Shown here piece after piece: positions 12,627 through 24,968 of a stretch of 64,000 nt of DNA. A program made the position numbers and the translations under genes. Under the pieces are notes generated by a model, which was given only the letters and a program-made list of their open reading frames with translations, did not search any database and had not been told where the DNA came from. Location of the stretch: assembly GCA_964016885.1 (NCBI GenBank), contig OZ024740.1, positions 176,886,001 to 176,950,000 on the forward strand, given 5' to 3'. This DNA comes from Eledone cirrhosa. Lineage: Eukaryota. How positions within the stretch are numbered: the stretch's first letter is position 1; each line of letters opens with the position of its first letter.

Positions 12627-12913
12627 ACATATATAGGGAGTGTAACGGGCAGTGACCGTAATTTCACTAAGGTGAGCACTCGATGCGTAGTTTCACGTCT
12701 GTAACGAGGTGTAGAGCTAAACAGAGTGTATATATAACAACAAAGGGACGATTTGTTATGTTTTCACGTTTATTGAGTAGTAACATATTTAACTGAGTAA
12801 TTGTATTTTGTGTGGTGTTTTTCGATTAGTTTAGGCTTGTATTTTCTTGTACAACATAGTTTCATATATACATATAGTGTTCATATGTGTGTGAGTGTGA
12901 GTGTGCGTGTGTT

Positions 12914-12964
<51 letters not shown>

Positions 12965-13171
12965 GAAGTATTTCCGTAGGAAAGGTAAAGGAAAAGAGAG
13001 TGCTCTATGTAGGCTACAGAGCTTTTTAGTTATGTAATAAACAACATAAGATAATTAATTCATTTACCAGTGGTTTCTTGAAGACAGATATTTATATCTG
13101 TCTTCAGTCGTCAGAATCAATAATATGGAATATTTATTAAATATGGATTTGAAAACAAAGTTTAGGATAAA

Positions 13172-14088
13172 CTAGCATTAAAGCCCGGCGTTGCTCGGGG
13201 TCATTAAGTTACCAAAGTTAGGTTGCAGCACTTTTTTGTCTGCCAGGCACTGGGTGAATGAATTGCAGACCTGGAAGCATGAGCTGCGCCAGTAGTGACA
13301 ATTGTAGTTTCGCCTATGGATATTATCTCTGTGCAAAAAAGTGTTGAAATTTATTGTTTCACAGTACTTGCGCAACACGCGAGTAGACGATGCCAGCCGA
13401 ACAACAGAGCTGCGATGGAGTTGTTCTGCATGGTTGTCTGTGTGTTTTCTAAATTTAAGACAGTAGGGAGTGGTGTGATATGAGGGAGAGTTAGCTGCTG
13501 TTTCTAGCAGGTTTAGTGACCTCATAGAGGATATGTGTTTTCTAAATTTAAGACAGTAGGGAGTGGTGTGATATGAGGGAGAGTTAGCTGCTGTTTCTAG
13601 CAGGTTTAGTGACCTCATAGAGGATATTATTGTTTATCATCTATATATATAAAACTGACTGCACGCCTAACGAAATTTACAGATACATATATTTTAAATA
13701 AACTTATATAATTTTTGCTTTTTTTTACGAAATATTTGCTTGTTTTACGTAGTCTTTAAATAGACTTGTTTTCAAGTAAAAATTATTGTGTTAATGTCAT
13801 TTTAAACGCTGAGAAAGCCAGCGTAATTTTTTTTATTTTTGCACGCAGACGCTCAATGTAAACAGAACAAAGGGAAATAACTGATCACTTACGCTCAAAA
13901 ATCGATACATTATATTCGATTTCGTCAGATAGGGCGGGTCAATTTGAAATTATTTTTTTTCCGATGTCTTCGCTAGGGCTCAATGTACAAGTATAGCAAT
14001 TTCGGTGCAATTCCGTGAGAGATTCTAAGAGGAGATGTGTGCCAAAAATCGATAGACAGACAGACAACCACAGTTTTATATATATAGA
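13172..14088 (-). mobile_element. Non-autonomous Helitron with an internal duplication of about 92 bp
   Basis: Minus strand starts A|TCTATATATATAAAACTG followed by (CTGT)n, and ends cccgagcaacgccggg hairpin + CTAG|T; duplication at about 13441-13624. Confidence 0.65.
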
Positions 14089-14658
14089 TGAAAGTGAGAC
14101 TGAAATCAAAAAAAGGGCAAAAATTGAGGGGAAAAAATATATAAATAAATATCCGGAACATAAACATACACATAATTATATAAATACACACATACACCCA
14201 CACATACATATATATATATGAACATTATATACATATATATAATATTCTTATATATATATATGCATATACATACACCCCCCCCCCCACACACACATATATA
14301 TATATATATATATACAATCGTATAATTGTAATGCATAGATAGAGTCAAATACAGACTCCATAACTACGACCACTTTTATCTTTGACTTGGATTACTATGG
14401 GTGTCATGGTAAGGTTATTTCAAAGGCTGGGGTATTTTTTGTGAGGTGTTTATCTCGTCTTTCCAGTGTCGCACGTGTGATTTATGACACCAGCAATGCT
14501 TCTTCTTTCTTTTGATGTTTTTCCCCGCCTTCATACGTCTCCTATTTGGTGGAAGTCAGTGACCACTATTACTATTACGAATGCGATACTACACGAGATT
14601 TCTGAATGCGTGTCTTGTGGCTCGTGTCTGTGCCTGTTTGTTCCCTTGCAGTTATGTT

Positions 14659-14709
<51 letters not shown>

Positions 14710-14938
14710 GAAAAAAATGGGGAGAAGAATACTGCATGTTTGCACATGGATTGCATGTTATAAAATGAGTCCCTCATCAGTGATTTGCCAACGATCATTG
14801 GTATTTCATCGCATTATATTTATATTTATATTTATATTTATATTTATATTTATATTTATATAATACAGGGTCGATAAAATAAAGTACCAGTAATACACTG
14901 TGTATTTGCTGGCCTTGTGCCAAAAGTAGAAACAATTA

Positions 14939-14967
<29 letters not shown>

Positions 14968-14974
<7 letters not shown>

Positions 14975-15255
14975 TATCAGATTAAAGTTTAAGCAAAGAA
15001 TCGCTGCTTTCACGCTTAACGGGATCGTCTTCCTGTCTTCCTCCGGTTGCAACGTTTTTTAAAATATCCACTTCTGCGTTTACAGATTGACTTTGTTAGT
15101 TTCAGAAGATCCCGTTAAGGGTGAAAGCAGCGATTCTTTGCTTAAACTTTAATCTGATATTTTAATAAATATTTGCTCTACGGTTCTTATATATTTGATA
15201 TATATTTATCCTTATCGAGCCCTCTTTGGATTTTAGTCTTCAAATTTATTATTAT

Positions 15256-15260
<5 letters not shown>
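14968..15260 (+). mobile_element. Solo terminal repeat of the 49170-52828 PLE with a short inverted 5' end
   Basis: Near-identical to 52592-52828; begins with inverted ttaaaatatcagattaaag; flanked by (AT)n. Confidence 0.85.
15083..15156 (+). ncRNA. Hammerhead-like motif with variant core CAGAAGA (also 49180-49253 -, 52651-52724 +)
   Basis: agttt-CAGAAGA-t ccc gttaa ggg t-GAAA-gca...tgc-TT-aaact, plus distal pairing cagattga/ttaatctg. Confidence 0.6.
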
Positions 15261-15311
<51 letters not shown>

Positions 15312-15316
<5 letters not shown>

Positions 15317-16528
15317 AGTATGTATGTATGTATACGTACATACATATATGTATACAGACGTACAGTAGTATGTATATATATACATACATGCACACACATA
15401 TATATATACGTATGGATTTACCGAACGTTTATTATAATGCTCGGTGTGTTTGTAAACAAACATCCCGAATTAAGCCGTACAGTGTTTAGCAACCATCGTT
15501 GCTCTTTTGTTCAACACTGACAGAGGAACGATGTACTAGTTTCAAGCTTATTAGCTATCGTCAGCATCGTATACCTTCCTGCCAGATGGTTGAACGTCTG
15601 AAAGTATATACTTTCCTTATGCATATTAACGGCTGAGCAGCCTAATTTGCATATCGAGTTAGTTCAGTCAGCCGGGCACACCGAAAACGATAAATGGAAT
15701 AGAATGAAACGAAATTTCATATCTCACTCTTAGGACGGCACTTACTTAAATGTAAGTATGTATGTATGTATATGTACATACATATATGTATACAGACGTA
15801 CAGTAGTTTGTATACATATATACATACATGCACACATATATATATATGCACGTATCGGTTTACCAAATATTTATTACAATGCTCGGTTTGTCCGTTTGTA
15901 AACAAACAAACAGCCCGAATTACGCCGTACAGTGTTTAGGCAAACACGTCAACTTTTTGTTCAACACTGACACATGAACGATGTACTAGTTTCATGCTTA
16001 TAACTATCGTCAGCATCGTGTACCTTCCTGCAAGATGGTTGAACGTCTGAAAGTATATATTTCCTTATGCATATTAACGGCTGAGCAGCCTAATTTGCAT
16101 ATCGAGTGAGTTCAGTCGGCCGGGCACACCGAAAACGATAAATGGAATAGAATGAAACGAAATTTCATTTCACACTCTTAGTGCGGCACTTACTTAAATG
16201 TAAGTATGTATGTATACGTACATACATATATGTATACAGACGTACAGTAGTATGTATATATATTCATACATGCACACATATATATATGCACGTATCGGTT
16301 TACCGAACATTTATTACGATGCTGACGATAGCTAATAAGCTTGAAATAGTGTAATAAATGTTCGGTAAACCGATACGTGCATATATATATATGTGCATGT
16401 ATGTATATATAGGCATACTACTGTACGTCTGTATACATATATGTATGTACGTATACATACATACATACTTACATTTAAGTAAGTGCCGTACTAAGAGTGA
16501 GAAATAAAATTTCGTTTCATTCTATTCC

Positions 16529-16533
<5 letters not shown>
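15312..16533. mobile_element. Retrozyme-like HHR repeat, family B, locus 2 (about 450-bp unit; minus arm to 16316, then plus arm)
   Basis: HHRs at 15528-15570 and 15978-16019 (-); partial HHR at about 16317-16350 (+) at the inversion; flanked by (AT)n. Confidence 0.85.
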
Positions 16534-16607
<74 letters not shown>

Positions 16608-16615
<8 letters not shown>

Positions 16616-16872
16616 TATAAAATAGATGTTCTTTTGATCAATTACATTTTATTATACATATTTCGGATGTACAACAGTACGTCCTCATCAGACAAAATAT
16701 AATGATACATGACATACCCTGAGATGTTAAATGGTTAAGATTTAATCACTTGACCATTTAACATCTCAGGGTATGTCATGTATCATTATATTTTGTCTGA
16801 TGAGGACGTACTGTTGTACATCCGAAATACGTATAATAAAATGTAATTGATCAAAAGAACATCTATTATATT
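16608..16872. mobile_element. Palindromic PLE-type terminal repeat with HHRs
   Basis: Inverted arms centred near 16745. Confidence 0.8.
16786..16846 (+). ncRNA. Type I hammerhead ribozyme
   Basis: ttatattttgt-CTGATGA-ggacgtac tgtt gtacatcc-GAAA-tacgta-TA-ataaaatgtaa. Confidence 0.85.
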
Positions 16873-17469
16873 AATACTTATGTTTTAATATTAATAACTC
16901 CTGAAAATTATTACCGTTGAGTGCTTCCAATCTACTGTAAAACTCATTCTTTGACATAATCATCGAATATTGTTTAACAACTTAATACTTGCGTTGAGCT
17001 AATTTTTAGTCCCATAAAACCGGCTGCTATTTTTAGCGACACGAGTATAGGACGTGCTAGACGCTGAGACACATGTGCGTTCAACAACACATTTCTCTCA
17101 GTCTTCTTAAGTATTTTGAAGTGAAACTTACCAATTTCTGGATACCTGCAGAAGAGCACAGGAATAGGAAATTTCACTTAATTGTTGCGAAACAAATTTA
17201 AAATTTAAAATTTAAAATTCGTCCAGGTATCACGGTCATTGCCAACATAGGTTTGTTTTTATTGATTTATTATTTTAATTCGAGACAGGCAAACCGTATT
17301 ATTTTAATTAGTATTTTTCAATCTAGCTAACTTGGTCATTTGCAATGCAAACACATGTATACTTGTATCAGTGTTTATCCCTATCATATATTCATCTGTA
17401 TTACACGGCTCAGAAATATTCCTTTCTTTGAGGTATTTAATTGTAAAAGACTATTTGAGTTTATAACTT

Positions 17470-17529
<60 letters not shown>

Positions 17530-17744
17530 GTTAAAAATGTACATCCACATATGTATACTGAAATACTAGTATGCATATGAATACACACACGTGTACATAT
17601 GTAGATGTACCGAGTTTTTCACTGGACACTTTACTGTGAGTGTCCAGCTATTCTGTATGTAAACACACAGACAAACCGGTTTTTAGAGTCATACTGGTTT
17701 TCGAGGAAACACCTTTCCTCTATTCTCCAGAAAGCCAGACAAGG

Positions 17745-17789
17745 AATATTGGACTAGTTTCGATGTTGTTACATCTCATCAGCAATATT
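17745..17789 (-). ncRNA. Minimal type I HHR, left arm (also 18211, 18677, 19143, 19609, 20075)
   Basis: Reverse complement of aatattg-CTGATGA-gatgt aaca acatc-GAAA-ctag-TC-caatatt. Confidence 0.92.
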
Positions 17790-20484
17790 TACCTATCTTC
17801 CGGCCTTTCTAGAGAATCGTAAAAGCACATATCGTTATATGCTTTTTCTATGAAAATTAGTAGTGGGCAGACTAATTTGCATAGAGCGTGAGTACGTACC
17901 GGTTCAGCGGAGACGATAAAAACAAATAACGAAACGAAATTAAATTTCGTTTCGTTTGTAACTCACTTTTGTATGACTGACGCTTAAACAATTAAGTTAA
18001 AAATGTACATCCACATATGTATACTGAAATACTAGTATGCATATGAATACACACACGTGTACATATGTAGATGTACCGAGTTTTTCACTGGACACTTTAC
18101 TGTGAGTGTCCAGCTATTCTGTATGTAAACACACAGACAAACCGGTTTTTAGAGTCATACTGGTTTTCGAGGAAACACCTTTCCTCTATTCTCCAGAAAG
18201 CCAGACAAGGAATATTGGACTAGTTTCGATGTTGTTACATCTCATCAGCAATATTTACCTATCTTCCGGCCTTTCTAGAGAATCGTAAAAGCACATATCG
18301 TTATATGATTTTTCTATGAAAATTAGTAGTGGGCAGACTAATTTGCATAGAGCGTGAGTACGTACCGGTTCAGCGGAGACGATAAAAACAAATAACGAAA
18401 CGAAATTAAATTTCGTTTCGTTTGTAACTCACTTTTGTATGACTGACGCTTAAACAATTAAGTTAAAAATGTACATCCACATATGTATACTGAAATACTA
18501 GTATGCATATGAATACACACACGTGTACATATGTAGATGTACCGAGTTTTTCACTGGACACTTTACTGTGAGTGTCCAGCTATTCTGTATGTAAACACAC
18601 AGACAAACCGGTTTTTAGAGTCATACTGGTTTTCGAGGAAACACCTTTCCTCTATTCTCCAGAAAGCCAGACAAGGAATATTGGACTAGTTTCGATGTTG
18701 TTACATCTCATCAGCAATATTTACCTATCTTCCGGCCTTTCTAGAGAATCGTAAAAGCACATATCGTTATATGCTTTTTCTATGAAAATTAGTAGTGGGC
18801 AGACTAATTTGCATAGAGCGTGAGTACGTACCGGTTCAGCGGAGACGATAAAAACAAATAACGAAACGAAATTAAATTTCGTTTCGTTTGTAACTCACTT
18901 TTGTATGACTGACGCTTAAACAATTAAGTTAAAAATGTACATCCACATATGTATACTGAAATACTAGTATGCATATGAATACACACACGTGTACATATGT
19001 AGATGTACCGAGTTTTTCACTGGACACTTTACTGTGAGTGTCCAGCTATTCTGTATGTAAACACACAGACAAACCGGTTTTTAGAGTCATACTGGTTTTC
19101 GAGGAAACACCTTTCCTCTATTATCCAGAAAGCCAGACAAGGAATATTGGACTAGTTTCGATGTTGTTACATCTCATCAGCAATATTTACCTATCTTCCG
19201 GCCTTTCTAGAGAATCGTAAAAGCACATATCGTTATATGCTTTTTCTATGAAAATTAGTAGTGGGCAGACTAATTTGCATAGAGCGTGAGTACGTACCGG
19301 TTCAGCGGAGACGATAAAAACAAATAACGAAACGAAATTAAATTTCGTTTCGTTTGTAACTCACTTTTGTATGACTGACGCTTAAACAATTAAGTTAAAA
19401 ATGTACATCCACATATGTATACTGAAATACTAGTATGCATATGAATACACACACGTGTACATATGTAGATGTACCGAGTTTTTCACTGGACACTTTACTG
19501 TGAGTGTCCAGCTATTCTGTATGTAAACACACAGACAAACCGGTTTTTAGAGTCATACTGGTTTTCGAGGAAACACCTTTCCTCTATTCTCCAGAAAGCC
19601 AGACAAGGAATATTGGACTAGTTTCGATGTTGTTACATCTCATCAGCAATATTTACCTATCTTCCGGCCTTTCTAGAGAATCGTAAAAGCACATATCGTT
19701 ATATGCTTTTTCTATGAAAATTAGTAGTGGGCAGACTAATTTGCATAGAGCGTGAGTACGTACCGGTTCAGCGGAGACGATAAAAACAAATAACGAAACG
19801 AAATTAAATTTCGTTTCGTTTGTAACTCACTTTTGTATGACTGACGCTTAAACAATTAAGTTAAAAATGTACATCCACATATGTATACTGAAATACTAGT
19901 ATGCATATGAATACACACACGTGTACATATGTAGATGTACCGAGTTTTTCTCTGGACACTTTACTGTGAGTGTCCAGCTATTCTGTATGTAAACACACAG
20001 ACAAACCGGTTTTTAGAGTCATACTGGTTTTCGAGGAAACACCTTTCCTCTATTCTCCAGAAAGCCAGACAAGGAATATTGGACTAGTTTCGATGTTGTT
20101 ACATCTCATCAGCAATATTTACCTATCTTCCGGCCTTTCTAGAGAATCGTAAAAGCACATATCGTTATATGCTTTTTCTATGAAAACCAGTTTTCCTCGA
20201 AAACCAGTATGACTCTAAAAACCGGTTTGTCTGTGTGTTTACATACAGAATAGCTGGACACTCACAGTAAAGTGTCCAGTGAAAAACTCGGTACATCTAC
20301 ATATGTACACGTGTGTGTATTCATATGCATACTAGAATTTCAGTATACATATGTGGATGTACATTTTTAACTTAATTGTTTAAGCGTCAGTCATACAAAA
20401 GTGAGTTACAAACGAAACGAAATTTAATTTCGTTTCGTTATTTGTATTTATCGTCTCCGCTGAACCGGTACGTACTCACGCTCT

Positions 20485-20492
20485 ATGCAAAT
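20485..20492 (+). promoter_or_regulatory. Octamer ATGCAAAT in each array unit, about 90 nt upstream of the HHR
   Basis: Exact octamer, also kept in family B (4314-4321); function is inferred only. Confidence 0.45.
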
Positions 20493-20577
20493 TAGTCTGC
20501 CCACTACTAATTTTCATAGAAAAAGCATATAACGATATGTGCTTTTACGATTCTCTAGAAAGGCCGGAAGATAGGTA

Positions 20578-20622
20578 AATATTGCTGATGAGATGTAACA
20601 ACATCGAAACTAGTCCAATATT
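20578..20622 (+). ncRNA. Minimal type I HHR, right arm (also 21044, 21510, 21978, 22444, 22910, 23376, 23844)
   Basis: aatattg-CTGATGA-gatgt aaca acatc-GAAA-ctag-TC-caatatt; GUC cleavage triplet; two copies read CTGACGA. Confidence 0.92.
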
Positions 20623-23600
20623 CCTTGTCTGGCTTTCTGGAGAATAGAGGAAAGGTGTTTCCTCGAAAACCAGTATGACTCTAAAAACCGGTTTGTCTGT
20701 GTTTTTACATTCAGAATAGCTGGACACTCACAGTAAAGTGTCCAGTGAAAAACTCGGTACATCTACATATGTACACGTGTGTGTATTCATATGCATACTA
20801 GTATTTCAGTATACATATGTGGATGTACATTTTTAACTTAATTGTTTAAGCGTCAGTCATACAAAAGTGAGTTACAAACGAAACGAAATTTAATTTCGTT
20901 TCGTTATTTGTTTTTATCGTCTCCGCTGAACCGGTACGTACTCACGCTCTATGCAAATTAGTCTGCCCACTACTAATTTTCATAGAAAAAGCATATAACG
21001 ATATGTGCTTTTACGATTCTCTAGAAAGGCCGGAAGATAGGTAAATATTGCTGATGAGATGTAACAACATCGAAACTAGTCCAATATTCCTTGTCTGGCT
21101 TTCTGGAGAATAGAGGAAAGGTGTTTCCTCGAAAGCCAGTATGACTCTAAAAACCGGTTTGTCTGTGTGTTTACATACAGAATAGCTGGACACTCACAGT
21201 AAAGTGTCCAGTGAAAAACTCGGTACATGTACATATGTACACGTGTGTGTATTCATATGCATACTAGTATTTCAGTATACATATGTGGATGTACATTTTT
21301 AACTTAATTGTTTAAGCGTCAGTCATACAAAAGTGAGTTACAAACGAAACGAAATTTAATTTCGTTTCGTTATTTGTTTTTATCGTCTCCGCTGAACCGG
21401 TACGTACTCACGCTCTATGCAAATTAGTCTGCCCACTACTAATTTTCATAGAAAAAGCATATAACGATATGTGCTTTTACGATTCTCTAGAAAGGCCGGA
21501 AGATAGGTAAATATTGCTGACGAGATGTAACAACATCGAAACTAGTCCAATATTCCTTGTCTGGCTTTCTGGAGAATAGAGGAAAGGTGTTTCCTCGAAA
21601 ACCAGTATGACTCTAAAAACCGGTTTGTCTGTGTGTTTACATACAGAATAGCTGGACACTCACAGTAAAGTGTCCACTGAAAAACTCGGTACATCTACAT
21701 ATGTACACGTGTGTGTATTCATATGCATACTAGTATTTCAGTATACATATGTGGATGTACACTTTTTTAACTTAATTGTTTAAGCGTCAGTCATACAAAA
21801 GTGAGTTACAAACGAAACGAAATTTAATTTCGTTTCGTTATTTGTTTTTATCGTCTCCGCTGAACCGGTACGTACTCACGCTCTATGCAAATTAGTCTGC
21901 CCACTACAAATTTTCATAGAAAAAGCATATAACGATATGTGCTTTTACGATTCTCTAGAAAGGCCGGAAGATAGGTAAATATTGCTGATGAGATGTAACA
22001 ACATCGAAACTAGTCCAATATTCCTTGTCTGGCTTTCTGGAGAATAGAGGAAAGGTGTTTCCTCGAAAACCAGTATGACTCTAAAAACCGGTTTGTCTGT
22101 GTGTTTACATTCAGAATAGCTGGACACTCACAGTAAAGTGTCCAGTGAAAAACTCGGTACATCTACATATGTACACGTGTGTGTATTCATATGCATACTA
22201 GTATTTCAGTATACATATGTGGATGTACATTTTTAACTTAATTGTTTAAGCGTCAGTCATACAAAAGTGAGTTACAAACGAAACGAAATTTAATTTCGTT
22301 TCGTTATTTGTTTTTATCGTCTCCGCTGAACCGGTACGTACTCACGCTCTATGCAAATTAGTCTGCCCACTACTAATTTTCATAGAAAAAGCATATAACG
22401 ATATGTGCTTTTACGATTCTCTAGAAAGGCCGGAAGATAGGTAAATATTGCTGATGAGATGTAACAACATCGAAACTAGTCCAATATTCCTTGTCTGGCT
22501 TTCTGGAGAATAGAGGAAAGGTGTTTCCTCGAAAACCAGTATGACTCTAAAAACCGGTTTGTCTGTGTGTTTACATTCAGAATAGCTGGACACTCACAGT
22601 AAAGTGTCCAGTGAAAAACTCGGTACATCTACATATGTACACGTGTGTGTATTCATATGCATACTAGTATTTCAGTATACATATGTGGATGTACATTTTT
22701 AACTTAATTGTTTAAGCGTCAGTCATACAAAAGTGAGTTACAAACGAAACGAAATTTAATTTCGTTTCGTTATTTGTTTTTATCGTCTCCGCTGAACCGG
22801 TACGTACTCACGCTCTATGCAAATTAGTCTGCCCACTACTAATTTTCATAGAAAAAGCATATAACGATATGTGCTTTTACGATTCTCTAGAAAGGCCGGA
22901 AGATAGGTAAATATTGCTGATGAGATGTAACAACATCGAAACTAGTCCAATATTCCTTGTCTGGCTTTCTGGAGAATAGAGGAAAGGTGTTTCCTCGAAA
23001 GCCAGTATGACTCTAAAAACCGGTTTGTCTGTGTGTTTACATACAGAATAGCTGGACACTCACAGTAAAGTGTCCAGTGAAAAACTCGGTACATCTACAT
23101 ATGTACACGTGTGTGTATTCATATGCATACTAGTATTTCAGTATACATATGTGGATGTACATTTTTAACTTAATTGTTTAAGCGTCAGTCATACAAAAGT
23201 GAGTTACAAACGAAACGAAATTTAATTTCGTTTCGTTATTTGTTTTTATCGTCTCCGCTGAACCGGTACGTACTCACGCTCTATGCAAATTAGTCTGCCC
23301 ACTACTAATTTTCATAGAAAAAGCATATAACGATATGTGCTTTTACGATTCTCTAGAAAGGCCGGAAGATAGGTAAATATTGCTGACGAGATGTAACAAC
23401 ATCGAAACTAGTCCAATATTCCTTGTCTGGCTTTCTGGAGAATAGAGGAAAGGTGTTTCCTCGAAAGCCAGTATGACTCTAAAAACCGGTTTGTCTGTGT
23501 GTTTACATACAGAATAGCTGGACACTCACAGTAAAGTGTCCAGTGAAAAACTCGGTACATCTACATATGTACACGTGTGTGTATTCATATGCATACTAGT

Positions 23601-24176
23601 ATTTCAGTATACATATGTGGATGTACACTTTTTTAACTTAATTGTTTAAGCGTCAGTCATACAAAAGTGAGTTACAAACGAAACGAAATTTAATTTCGTT
23701 TCGTTATTTGTTTTCATCGTCTCCGCTGAACCGGTACGTACTCACGCTCTATGCAAATTAGTCTGCCCACTACTAATTTTCATAGAAAAAGCATATAACG
23801 ATATGTGCTTTTACGATTCTCTAGAAAGGCCGGAAGATAGGTAAATATTGCTGATGAGATGTAACAACATCGAAACTAGTCCAATATTCCTTGTCTGGCT
23901 TTCTGAAGAATAGAGGAAAGGTGTTTCCTCGAAAACCAGTATGTCTCTAAAAACCGGTTTGTCTGTGTGTTTACATACAGAATAGCTGGACACTCACAGT
24001 AAAGTGTCCAGTGAAAAACTCGGTACATCTACATATGTACACGTGTGTGTATTCATATGCATACTAGTATTTCAGTATACATATGTGGATGTACATTTTT
24101 AACTTAATTGTTTAAGCGTCAGTCATACAAAAGTCAGTTACAAACGAAACGAAATTTAATTTCGTTTCGTTATTTG

Positions 24177-24238
<62 letters not shown>

Positions 24239-24649
24239 TATTAAGTTGTTAAACAATATTCGATGATTATGTCAAAGAATGAGTTTTACAGTAGATTGGA
24301 AGCACTCAACGAATAATAATAATAATATATATATATATATATATATATACACAGTTCAAGAGTAAGCAATCTTAAAGAGAGAGATGGAGATAGGAGAGGA
24401 GAGATTGGTGAATTTGTTAGAAGCCAAAGCGTAAAGGCATGTGCTCAATGTGCAATATGCTGTAGAAAGCAGCTAGGTGGTTGGGTTCATGCAGACGTTA
24501 GGCGCGCAGAGCTGGAAATATTCATTAGTTAAGCAAAACAAGACCATAAATTTCACAAGGAAGACATTATTAAAAGATTGTCAACATATTTTAGTTTGAT
24601 GTAAGGTATGTAGAGAATAATAATAATAATATTAATAATAATAATGTCC

Positions 24650-24968
24650 GTTTACAATTGTTCGCTACTCCATATAATATTTCTGGATCAAATGATTATA
24701 TATCATTATTGATCTGGTTCAGTTGAAAATAATTAACATATTTAAAAACAGAGCGGCTCATCGGAACTTCAAAGTAATCTAAATTAAGATAAGGAGAGAA
24801 TGTTACATAATGTAATGTTCCATATATTGGTATTTCACTATGGTATTTCACTATTGGTATTTCATTATGGTGTTAATATGTTAATTATTTTCAACTGAAC
24901 CAGATCAATAATGATATATAGTCATTTGATCCAGAAATATTATATGGAGTAGCCAGACTATTGTAAAC
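24650..24968. repeat. Inverted repeat with arms of about 90 bp
   Basis: gctactccatataatatttctggatcaaatg...aattaacata mirrored at 24877-24968. Confidence 0.8.

Larger units (their letters stand above)
17524..24181. mobile_element. Tandem array of a 466-bp hammerhead-containing unit (retrozyme-like family A), about 14.3 units, inverted at about 20187
   Basis: 466-bp period (two 468-bp units); one HHR per unit; (AT)n on both sides. Confidence 0.95.

Noticed and set aside
17640-23993. Fourteen repeated 60-aa ORFs as a peptide gene cluster
   Set aside because: GTG start, antisense to the HHR, no recognisable domain; a by-product of the tandem repeat.
17524-24181. CRISPR array, or snRNA/5S/tRNA gene cluster
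   Set aside because: No unique spacers or cas genes, eukaryotic context, and no recognisable snRNA, 5S or tRNA sequence in the unit.
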